Positions 56,222 to 63,964 of a DNA stretch of 63,964 nucleotides are shown one piece after another (position 1 is the first letter of the stretch; the number at the start of each line of letters is the position of its first letter). Under the pieces are notes generated by a model. That model was not told the origin of the DNA and made no database searches. It saw only the letters and a program-made list of their open reading frames with translations. This DNA comes from Ignavibacteriales bacterium (lineage in GTDB: Bacteria > Bacteroidota > Ignavibacteria > UBA10030 > UBA8401), in the NCBI GenBank assembly GCA_016182545.1, contig JACPGG010000094.1:1-63964 (forward strand), written 5' to 3'. The translations under genes and the position numbers were made by a program.

Positions 56222-57856
56222 TTAATCCAATTTTGGATGTTTTAAGTGATACCCTGTTGCGTCCTGGTACTTCTTGGCAACAGCAAGCACGGTTCCTTCA
56301 TCAAATAATTTTCCTGTAAATGTGATGCTGACCGGCGTTCCTTTCTCTGTGAATCCGTTTGGAACAGTGACGCACGGATGTCCGGTCAGGTTTGTGAGGA
56401 GCAGACTGTTTCCTTCTAAGGACGGATTGATATAGACATCTATTGTCTTCATCAGTTTTGCCATTTCTTGAATAAGCAATGTTCTCACCCGGCTTGCCTG
56501 AATATATTCCACTGCAGGAATGAACCGGGATGCACGGAATGAATTGGGCCACGCATTTTTTATTTGCCGCACCATCATATCATCTTTGCCGCTGCGTGTC
56601 ACGTCATCAAAAGCAGCGGCAGATTCGGCGCTCAACATAATCGAAATATCACCGACAGGATAGTTCGGCAATTCGATCGGGATCAATGTCGCACCCAGTT
56701 TTTGGAGAACGATCAACACTGAATCATTGTATGATTTCCAGAATTTTGCACTGTCGAAATCCGTTTTTAAATATCCGATCCGTAATTTTTTCAGATCAGT
56801 TTTCTTCGGTTCGTATCTGAATGGGACATCATAGACGGTTTGATCAATTCCATCGGGACCGTAGATCGCATTGAAAACTATTGCGCAATCTTCCGCAGAG
56901 CGGCAGATCGGTCCGAGTTTATCCATCGTCCACGATAATGCCATCGCGCCCGCCCTGCTCACCCGACCGTACGTCGGACGAAGTCCCGTTGTGCCGCATC
57001 GTGTTGATGGAGATACGATCGATCCGTATGTTTCAGATCCGATAGCAAATGCAACGAGCCCCGCGGCTGTTGCGGATGCAGAACCGGCAGACGATCCGCT
57101 GGACCCATGCGATGTATCCCACGGACTCCGTGTCATTCCGCCGAACCAGACATCACCCCACGCAAGTTCACCCATCGTCAGTTTTGCAACAAGAATTGCA
57201 CCTGCGGCTTCAAGTTTTTTAATTACCGTCGCATCTTCATCGATAACTTGATCCTTAAAAGGTACAGAGCCCCACGTTGTAGGATATTTTTTTGCTGCAA
57301 GAAGGTCCTTTGCGCCGTACGGAATGCCGTGCAGCGGTCCGCGGTATTTTCCCGCAGCAATTTCTTTATCGGCACGTGCGGCATGTGCGAGTGCAAGTGA
57401 ATCGGTCAGCGTGATCACGCATTGCAGCATTGGTCCGTATTTTCGAAGCCGCTCCAGGTATAATTTCGTCAACTGCGTCGATGTGATCTTTTTTGATTTG
57501 ATCAACGATCCGAGTTCTGCAACAGAATAGAAAGCAAGATCATCCGGATTCTTTGGAACGTCGATATTTTTAGGTGCATCGAATGCGAAAACGCTTTTCC
57601 CCTTTGGCGGTGTCATGCCGACCGGAATCGGATTGAACAGTACCGAAGGAACGACGCTGTTCTGTAGTTCGATTGCGCGGAGACGCTGATAACTTTCCAA
57701 TTGTGATTGCACGTCGCTGAGCATCGAATCGCGCTTGGCATCGTTGAACCGTAGCCCGAACATTTTTTCGGCAGGCGGGATATCGCTTTTGGAAAGAGTG
57801 TCTTGTGCTTGGAGTGAAAGGAAAAAGAGAATGCAATAAAAGGTGAAAAATTTCAT
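56222..57856 (-). CDS. Amidase-signature family enzyme, secreted
   Basis: It has a signal peptide MKFFTFYCILFFLSLQAQ (ATG 57856, SD ggag upstream) and the AS block GSSGSSAGSASATAAG with upstream GAKD. Confidence 0.85.
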   Translation of the reverse strand: MKFFTFYCILFFLSLQAQDTLSKSDIPPAEKMFGLRFNDAKRDSMLSDVQSQLESYQRLRAIELQNSVVPSVLFNPIPVGMTPPKGKSVFAFDAPKNIDVPKNPDDLAFYSVAELGSLIKSKKITSTQLTKLYLERLRKYGPMLQCVITLTDSLALAHAARADKEIAAGKYRGPLHGIPYGAKDLLAAKKYPTTWGSVPFKDQVIDEDATVIKKLEAAGAILVAKLTMGELAWGDVWFGGMTRSPWDTSHGSSGSSAGSASATAAGLVAFAIGSETYGSIVSPSTRCGTTGLRPTYGRVSRAGAMALSWTMDKLGPICRSAEDCAIVFNAIYGPDGIDQTVYDVPFRYEPKKTDLKKLRIGYLKTDFDSAKFWKSYNDSVLIVLQKLGATLIPIELPNYPVGDISIMLSAESAAAFDDVTRSGKDDMMVRQIKNAWPNSFRASRFIPAVEYIQASRVRTLLIQEMAKLMKTIDVYINPSLEGNSLLLTNLTGHPCVTVPNGFTEKGTPVSITFTGKLFDEGTVLAVAKKYQDATGYHLKHPKLD

Positions 57857-57866
57857 AATGGCTCCA

Positions 57867-58158
57867 TTAAAGTATTCTATCGATCCAATAATCAGGTTTA
57901 CGTTTGGTGGCATGACAGCGATAATAACGATTTCGGTTCCATAAATTTCGTAGACAACCGCATATTCAAATCTCTTAAACAAACAACGGCGATATGAATG
58001 CAGATAGGCAGGCCATGCATTGGGAATTGGTCTATTCGCTGAATACAGTCTTCATAATCGTCCAGAAATAAATTTGCAACGGTCTTGGATTGCAGGTAGT
58101 AGTAGGCAAATGCTTCGGAGACTTCTTGATCTGCAATGGAAAGTGAACGGATCGTCAT
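57867..58158 (-). pseudogene. ParE/RelE-family toxin inactivated by two frameshifts
   Basis: Three consecutive frames give MTIRSLSIADQEVSEAFAYY...QFPMHGLPI / (H)SYRRCLFKRFEYAVVYEIYGTEIVIIAV / HATKRKPDYWIDRIL*. The 292 nt plus 2 nt would restore a 97-aa toxin. The ATG overlaps the antitoxin stop (ATGA). Confidence 0.8.
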
Positions 58159-58382
58159 AGACGAGTGCGGAGATTCTTTATGACTTCGTGGACTTCCATA
58201 CTTTCAATTTTTCCCGCTTCGTAGAGTTTTGTTCTTCGCTCAATCTCTTCCTGCCATGCTTTGTCGATCTCTTCTTGCGAAAATTTGCTCAGACTGAGAA
58301 TTAATTTTTCTGCAAGCAACTCGCGTTCACGCTGGGGGAGTCCCAATGCTTCTTTTTGAATGGATTCGAATTGAGGGGACAT
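58155..58382 (-). CDS. Addiction-module antitoxin component (TIGR02574-like)
   Basis: It is 75 aa. ALGLPQRERELLAEKLILSL...EIDKAWQEEIERR is typical of this antitoxin family. Confidence 0.75.
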   Translation of the reverse strand: MSPQFESIQKEALGLPQRERELLAEKLILSLSKFSQEEIDKAWQEEIERRTKLYEAGKIESMEVHEVIKNLRTRL

Positions 58383-58431
58383 AAAACCTCCGTTTTTCCT
58401 AATCTAATTCATTGCCGTCATTATATCAAAT

Positions 58432-61400
58432 TTATCGTAAATCCAATCTCATTGTTTGAATTTTGTCCCTGTAAAATCCGATTGAACGGAGAATTTCGGC
58501 AGCAGCACTTTCACTCGGTCTCAGGTTATCACAATACTCGACCACGATTTCATTCTTATCCGCATAGGATGAACGAACATGATTCACAAACTGCAGCAGA
58601 GCATTCTTGATGATATCCAATGACGGTTCTGCAATAAAATACATACGAGCGCCGAAACTTTCCAGCCATATGATCGGCACGCCTTTATGGAATATGATGA
58701 AATTCGATCCAAGTCGCGATATTCTCGGAACCGAAGAGAGTGAATTTCCAACATCAATCCCGACACCGTATGGATTCGACGGGTCGCACGCATTGACAAC
58801 GATCGGATCTTCGTTGATGCCGCGCTCTGTTTTTATTGTCTCGAGCATTCTGACAGCATCAGGAATTGCGAACTGCATTCCCGAAAGTCCTTCGACAAAA
58901 TATCCGCGGCGGATCTCGCCGCGCATTTCCATCCGCTGGAATTCCATTGCAAGGATGGACCACGACAAAAGATTCTCTTCTCGTTTTGCAATCTCTCTCG
59001 CGACGATTCCGTATCGCAATAACAGTTGCTGCGCCTGCCGTTGAATTTTTTCTTCGTCAGTTACTTTTGAGCCGAGAATGCCGCGCATGTGCACCAGAGA
59101 CCACCGTCCGTGCCAGCCGGGGACATTCTTCAATGCCTGACGGACACCTCTCATTGCAACCTTGCTGAAGGGATTCCTCCGCGGATTGACAATCTCGATC
59201 CGTTCCTCAGGAAGGTGGAGTCCGCTCCCAAAGTGGTCTCCACCTGAACCATCGCGGTACCTCTTAACGTTCAATATTTCATCCATAACATCATTTGTGA
59301 TCAATCCGCGCCAGAATAGATCTGCCACCGCCCGATTCAATGCGGCGAGTGAAAGATTAATTCCTTCACGAATGTCCGACAAGAATGACGCGCCGTTCTC
59401 TTTGATGAATTCGTACACTTTTAATGAAGGTGAAGGCAACCCTTCAAGAGATTTTTCTTTTTCCTCCAGAAAAAAGATCCCGTCGCCGCGAACGATCCAT
59501 TGGGATTTTCCCGCATCTGTTCCGACGCTGATGATCTCACCGCGTGAAGCGAGGGAACGGAGAATATTCCCGTCATATTGGTGAATCCGTGTCCGGAAGA
59601 TTTCCGCTTCCCATAATTCTGATGGCATTGCAAATCCCTGCATCTTGTCGATAATTGAACGAACGCCCTCTTCATTTCTTTCATGCGTGTTCGGATGCCT
59701 GTGCTGCCATTGCAATAACAATTGAGTGAAGTCGGCAATGGTTGCCGGTTTGATCTCTTTGCGGAGAATATTGATCGACGCGCGGTGGATCCGTTCCAAA
59801 TTCGGACGGTAGCACCACTGTTCACGTTCGATTTCCTTGGTAAGAAATCCGAAAACAAGGCTCTCGGATTTTTTCAATGATTGAAGAACCTGTTCGCATT
59901 CTTTTACTTCCAAATCATATCGCGTTGCAATTTCCTCTACTGTCAATGGTCCACGAGAGCGAAGCATTCGCAAAACAACATAGCGCAGCGCTTCATCTCT
60001 TTTGAATTCTCTTGCCGGCAACAATTCTGTGATAATCGAATTTAATTCTTTCTGAACTTTCGAGAAGGGAAGATAGATCGGCAATTCTTCTGCGAGTATA
60101 TAAAACTGTTCGACCCCGATTGAAACCGGAATGATAATATTCCTTTCAATCAGTTGACGAATGAATTCCGGCTTTTCACTTCGTTCGTTCAATTCCGATC
60201 CGGACAATTCACCGAGTCGTAAAAATATTTCCATCAATTCCGACGCCGTTCGTGCTTGACGTGTTGATGATGTGAACTGTAATTGTTCCTCCACCTTGAC
60301 GATCGCATCGCCGCGCACGACCGTCTTCACAGTATCCAATTGAACAACTTCAGATAACAATTCGCGGTTCAATTGAGCAAACTGCTCTTTCGCCGAACTC
60401 TTCGGATCGTCCGATTCGTACATAAAGATCATCGTGAAATCGAAGAGCAGGCTTGAAGCGAATGGCGAAGGAAATTCCGTCTGGACTGTATGGATGCGGA
60501 TTTCGCCCTCTTCTATTTTATTCAGCACTTCTTTGAAATGTTCAAAGTCGAGCACATCGTTCAAGCACTCGCGCATCGTTTCGATGACAATCGGAAAGTC
60601 GTTATACTGTTTCACGATCTGGAGAAGGTCCGCCGCTTTTAATCGTTGGAGAAAGAATGGACGGCGTTTTCCCGGATTGCCTTTCGGCAGCAGCAATGCG
60701 CGTTCGGCATTTTGTCGGAACATTGCGCCGAACAGAGGGGACGAAGGAAGTTGTTCAAGAATGATCTGCTCAGCCGAATGAAAATCGACTGACGAAAAAA
60801 TATCAAGCGGTAACCGTTCCACATCGGAACAGCGAAAGAGAATCCCGTCATCATTATAGAGCATTTGGACTTCTATGCCGAGCCGCTGTTGAAAATGATG
60901 GAGAAGAATAATCCCAAGCAAGCCGTTCACTCCTTTGCCGAAACGGGAGTGGACAAGAATGCGCGGATCGCCGATCTCGTCCCTGAATCCCTCCACAACA
61001 ATCGTTTTGTGCGACGGAACGAGTTGTGTCGTCGCTTTTTGTTCGACGATATATTCGATGATGTTGCGGATGGAATGTTCATCAACGGGAAAGTTTTCTT
61101 CAAGCCATTCGTACGACCCCCTCCCATTCCCTCCCCCTGTAAGGGGGAGGGTAGGGTGGGGGTTGGCAAGTTGTTCGGTAAACTCCCCTAGTTTCAAACA
61201 CAACTCGTATGTCCGCCCGATCATCTCGCCGCGCCAGAAGGGCATGCGTGCCGGATGTCCCGGCGCCGGCTGCACGATCACTTTGTTCGCGTCAATATCC
61301 ATCATGCGCCACACATTGGTGCCGAGAATGAATGTGTCGCCGGTCCTGCTTTCGTAAATAAATTCTTCGTCCACTTCGCCGACTTTGGTTTTCAGGTCCT

Positions 61401-63099
61401 CAAGATACACACCGTAATATCCGCGATCAGGAATCGTTCCGGCATTCATGAGCGCAAGCGTTGACGAGCCGGGGAGAGAGGTCAACGCATTGTGAAGTTT
61501 GTCCCATACAATGCGTGCACGTAGTTCGCGGAACGCTTCGTTCGTGAATCGTCCCGCGACCATATCAAGGACCGAATGAAAAATATTTTCTGTAAGCGTA
61601 TGGTAACAGCATGAACGGCGAATGACATCGAACAGCTCTTCTACATTCCATTCTTCAACACCCACCATCGCAACAACCTGCTGTGCAAGTACATCAAGGC
61701 AGTTTTTAGGAATGAACGTCTTTTCGATGGCATGTTCGGTCATTGCCTTTGCAACGACCGCTGATTCCAAAAGATCTTCACGATGGGTGACGAAAATTCT
61801 CCCTTTGCTGTGCGCGCTCACAAGATGTCCGGACCGACCGACGCGTTGCAACCCGCGCGCAATTCCTTTTGGGGATTGGATCTGCACAACGAGGTCGACA
61901 CTGCCGATGTCGATGCCGAGTTCAAGTGCCGAGGTTGTCACCAGCGCACGCAGTTTTCCCGATTTCAAATCCGATTCCAACTGCTCGCGCACAGTGCGGG
62001 ACATGCTGCCGTGATATGCAAAGACTTTGAACGGGGCGGCTGTTTTCTTCTGCACATTTTTTTCCGTGAAGACCGGAACGGAATATAACGAAGTCGTGTC
62101 GGTTTGTCCTTCGAGCATCTCGTTCAGTTTTGCCGAAAGACGTTCGGCAAGTCTGCGGTTGTTGACGAAGATCAGCGTCGATCTGTGCTGAAACAACATT
62201 TCCAGCAATTTCGGATAAATGGAATTCCACACGCTATCTCTCAGCATATCGGTAAAATCATGCGGCGCGCAAATAACTTGCAGATCGACCTTCTTTTTAT
62301 ATCCTGCATCTATTATAGTGACAGGCCGGGGAACAAGTTTCTTCTTTTTCCATTCCAATCCGACTAAGAAATTTGCCACCTCCTGCAACGGTTTTTGCGT
62401 TGCCGAAAGACCGATCCGAACAAATGTTTTAGAATCTTCACCCCGTGATTGTTGTATCAACTCTTCCAACCGCTCCAATGTGATCGAAAGATGCACCCCT
62501 CGTTTATTGTTGCTTATGGCATGAATCTCATCGACAATCACGTACTGAATTGAATGGAATATCTTCCGCGCCTTCTCAGACGAGAGCATCAGATAGAGAG
62601 ATTCCGGTGTCGTGATCAATATATCGGGGGGATGTTTCAGCATCGAGGCGCGTTCCGATTGTGTCGTGTCGCCGGTGCGGACCGCTTTGCGGATCAGCGG
62701 GAGATTTATTCCTTGTAAACGTGCTTCATCGGAAATGCCGTTCAACGGGACTTCGAGATTTCTGTGAATGTCGTTGTTGAGTGCTTTGAGAGGGGAGATG
62801 TAAAGAACTTTAACCCCCTCTGTCATTACGCGATGCGTGATGACATCTCCCCCTCGACGAGGGGGAGAACCGGCGAAGCCGAGAGGGGGTGTCAAGATAT
62901 TTTCTTCGACAAGATGATTGATGCACCACAAAAATGCCGCGAGAGTTTTTCCGGAGCCGGTTGGTGCGACGATGAGCGTGTGATTGCCGTTCGCAATGGA
63001 AGGCCACCCCTGCACCTGCGGCGGACTTGGATCTCCGAAAGCTTTCGTGAACCATGCATGGACGACGGGATGGAATTTTTCTAGTATAGAATCTGACAT
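58432..63099 (-). CDS. lhr: Lhr-family large ATP-dependent DEAD/DEAH helicase
   Basis: It has APTGSGKT, YISPLKALNND, VIVDEIH, SAT, GRSGH, and a long Lhr-type C-terminal extension (about 1555 aa). I chose the start MSDSILEKF at 63099. Confidence 0.9.
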   Translation of the reverse strand: MSDSILEKFHPVVHAWFTKAFGDPSPPQVQGWPSIANGNHTLIVAPTGSGKTLAAFLWCINHLVEENILTPPLGFAGSPPRRGGDVITHRVMTEGVKVLYISPLKALNNDIHRNLEVPLNGISDEARLQGINLPLIRKAVRTGDTTQSERASMLKHPPDILITTPESLYLMLSSEKARKIFHSIQYVIVDEIHAISNNKRGVHLSITLERLEELIQQSRGEDSKTFVRIGLSATQKPLQEVANFLVGLEWKKKKLVPRPVTIIDAGYKKKVDLQVICAPHDFTDMLRDSVWNSIYPKLLEMLFQHRSTLIFVNNRRLAERLSAKLNEMLEGQTDTTSLYSVPVFTEKNVQKKTAAPFKVFAYHGSMSRTVREQLESDLKSGKLRALVTTSALELGIDIGSVDLVVQIQSPKGIARGLQRVGRSGHLVSAHSKGRIFVTHREDLLESAVVAKAMTEHAIEKTFIPKNCLDVLAQQVVAMVGVEEWNVEELFDVIRRSCCYHTLTENIFHSVLDMVAGRFTNEAFRELRARIVWDKLHNALTSLPGSSTLALMNAGTIPDRGYYGVYLEDLKTKVGEVDEEFIYESRTGDTFILGTNVWRMMDIDANKVIVQPAPGHPARMPFWRGEMIGRTYELCLKLGEFTEQLANPHPTLPLTGGGNGRGSYEWLEENFPVDEHSIRNIIEYIVEQKATTQLVPSHKTIVVEGFRDEIGDPRILVHSRFGKGVNGLLGIILLHHFQQRLGIEVQMLYNDDGILFRCSDVERLPLDIFSSVDFHSAEQIILEQLPSSPLFGAMFRQNAERALLLPKGNPGKRRPFFLQRLKAADLLQIVKQYNDFPIVIETMRECLNDVLDFEHFKEVLNKIEEGEIRIHTVQTEFPSPFASSLLFDFTMIFMYESDDPKSSAKEQFAQLNRELLSEVVQLDTVKTVVRGDAIVKVEEQLQFTSSTRQARTASELMEIFLRLGELSGSELNERSEKPEFIRQLIERNIIIPVSIGVEQFYILAEELPIYLPFSKVQKELNSIITELLPAREFKRDEALRYVVLRMLRSRGPLTVEEIATRYDLEVKECEQVLQSLKKSESLVFGFLTKEIEREQWCYRPNLERIHRASINILRKEIKPATIADFTQLLLQWQHRHPNTHERNEEGVRSIIDKMQGFAMPSELWEAEIFRTRIHQYDGNILRSLASRGEIISVGTDAGKSQWIVRGDGIFFLEEKEKSLEGLPSPSLKVYEFIKENGASFLSDIREGINLSLAALNRAVADLFWRGLITNDVMDEILNVKRYRDGSGGDHFGSGLHLPEERIEIVNPRRNPFSKVAMRGVRQALKNVPGWHGRWSLVHMRGILGSKVTDEEKIQRQAQQLLLRYGIVAREIAKREENLLSWSILAMEFQRMEMRGEIRRGYFVEGLSGMQFAIPDAVRMLETIKTERGINEDPIVVNACDPSNPYGVGIDVGNSLSSVPRISRLGSNFIIFHKGVPIIWLESFGARMYFIAEPSLDIIKNALLQFVNHVRSSYADKNEIVVEYCDNLRPSESAAAEILRSIGFYRDKIQTMRLDLR
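61117..61164. repeat. G/C-run palindromic element inside lhr CDS (in frame)
   Basis: The core hairpin ccctccccc-tgta-agggggaggg lies within ccccctcccattccctccccc / gggggagggtagggtggggg arms. It encodes ..HPTLPLTGGGNGRGS.. Confidence 0.7.
62847..62891. repeat. G/C-run palindromic element inside lhr CDS (in frame)
   Basis: A ctccccctcg-a-cgagggggag palindrome is followed by a second G-run gagagggggtg. It encodes ..PPLGFAGSPPRRGGD.. between helicase motifs I and Ia. Confidence 0.7.
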
Positions 63100-63216
63100 T
63101 GTGAAAGAAAGTAAGCAAAGAGTCCCCGAAGGGCAAGGAGCAAACACTTTCGTTGATTTTCACTCAAACTATCGCTATACTCCTAAAAATTTATGAATGC
63201 CTAACAATAGAGAGCG

Positions 63217-63964
63217 ATGGCAAAAGCAATACGTATCCTTCTTATCGAAGATCAATCAACCGACATCGACGTCTTCAACAGAGAGATCCAAAAATCCGGC
63301 ATTCAGCATCATCTTGACACAATTTCTTCGTTCGATCTCTTACCGGAAGCAATCCAGCATACACCCGACATCATCGTTTGTGATTACCTTGTTTCACAGC
63401 TAAAGCCGGTCGATGCGATCAACATCTTAAGGAGTCTTGCAAAAGATATTCCCTTCATTATCTATTCCGGTGTTTTGGACGAAGAGATCGTTGTGCAGTG
63501 CATGAAGGCGGGAGCGTCGGATTATATCTTCAAGCAGCACCCTGCCAGGTTAGGTCCCGCAATCTTCAATCTCATCGAATCGAAAAAAGTGCAGGAAGAA
63601 TTGAAATTGAGCAGGGAGCGCTTCAATACCCTTGCAAAGGTCTCTACTGTCGGAATTTTTCTCGCCGCCGAAGATGGTTTTTATTTATACGTCAATGAAC
63701 GATGGAGTGCGATCACGGGATTGTCGCCCGAACAGGCGCTGGGAGACGGATTTCTCTATGCCGTTCACTCTCACGACAGGAAAAGGATCAAAACCGAATG
63801 GCATCGATGTGTACGCGAACGCATTCCGTTCCACTCGGAATACAGAGTATTTCGCGAGTCAGATCAATCCGAAATTTGGGTGTTGGGACATGCGCTGCCG
63901 GAGATAATGCCGGATGGTTCTGTCGCAGGGTTCGTCGGCACCATCACGGACATTACGTACCGCA
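63217..63964 (+). CDS. Response-regulator receiver plus PAS domain protein, 3' end cut by window edge
   Basis: It is not in the ORF track because there is no stop in the window. My hand translation gives MAKAIRILLIEDQSTDIDVF...IIVCDYLV (receiver Asp)...KAGASDYIFK, then a PAS block GIFLAAEDGFYLYVNERWSAITGLSPEQALG. Confidence 0.8.
   Translation, partial: MAKAIRILLIEDQSTDIDVFNREIQKSGIQHHLDTISSFDLLPEAIQHTPDIIVCDYLVSQLKPVDAINILRSLAKDIPFIIYSGVLDEEIVVQCMKAGASDYIFKQHPARLGPAIFNLIESKKVQEELKLSRERFNTLAKVSTVGIFLAAEDGFYLYVNERWSAITGLSPEQALGDGFLYAVHSHDRKRIKTEWHRCVRERIPFHSEYRVFRESDQSEIWVLGHALPEIMPDGSVAGFVGTITDITYR

Noticed and set aside
57857-57982. N-terminal extension of the amidase ORF (MFKRFEYAVVYEIYGTEIVIIAVM...)
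   Set aside because: This segment is the middle frame of the decayed ParE/RelE toxin. The amidase has its own SD and signal peptide starting at 57856.
63197-63403. 68-aa ORF MPNNRERWQKQYVSF...
   Set aside because: A different frame starting at 63217 gives an uninterrupted response-regulator receiver plus PAS sequence to the window end. The 68-aa ORF is an out-of-frame overlap.

Overview
This 63,964-bp window looks chromosomal and comes from an FCB-group bacterium, probably Ignavibacteria- or Bacteroidota-like. That inference rests on a T9SS-type C-terminal sorting domain, a PorV-like gene, a CarboxypepD_reg TonB-dependent receptor, a DUF4295-like gene beside rpmB, and many signal-peptide outer-membrane barrels. 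I found no phage genes, transposases, CRISPR arrays or rRNA.

Gene content, left to right:
- a 5'-truncated GH92 mannosidase
- two tandem paralogous 130-aa membrane-anchored proteins beside tRNA-Glu and tRNA-His
- PAP2, a frameshifted mgtE, and rsmA
- pgpH, xerD and an orphan DPPY DNA methyltransferase
- DUF1611 and a lipoprotein
- lysC, lysA, asd and a GNAT
- an MFS transporter, a 10-TM protein and a convergent P-loop protein
- ybaK, a TM class III cyclase, an M14 peptidase and a prolyl oligopeptidase
- PIN-PhoH
- a TonB-dependent receptor, a 994-aa T9SS cargo protein and PorV
- D-aminoacylase and a YkuD-like protein
- DUF4295-like, L28, a His/Cys-rich small protein, an OM barrel, ZnuA and ZnuB
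- several OM barrels and an alpha/beta hydrolase
- a long minus-strand metal locus, described below
- a KirBac-like channel with a NYN protein, and an amidase
- an antitoxin with a doubly frameshifted ParE/RelE toxin
- Lhr helicase
- a 3'-truncated response regulator with a PAS domain

The minus-strand metal locus holds, in transcription order, a CDF exporter, a DtxR regulator, a TM-anchored DtxR with two FeoA domains, a split FeoB, a DUF1111 di-haem protein, a Rieske protein, two OM barrels and a membrane AraC regulator.

The most interesting points:
1. The Feo locus is wired to a di-haem/Rieske/OM-barrel module and a membrane-tethered DtxR-FeoA-FeoA protein.
2. The receptor, T9SS cargo and PorV-like genes form one operon.
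3. At least four small palindromic repeat families are present. One appears inserted in frame, twice, inside lhr.
4. The duplicated 130-aa genes are of unknown family.

All functional calls come from motifs I recognised by eye in the translated ORFs. No database search was run.
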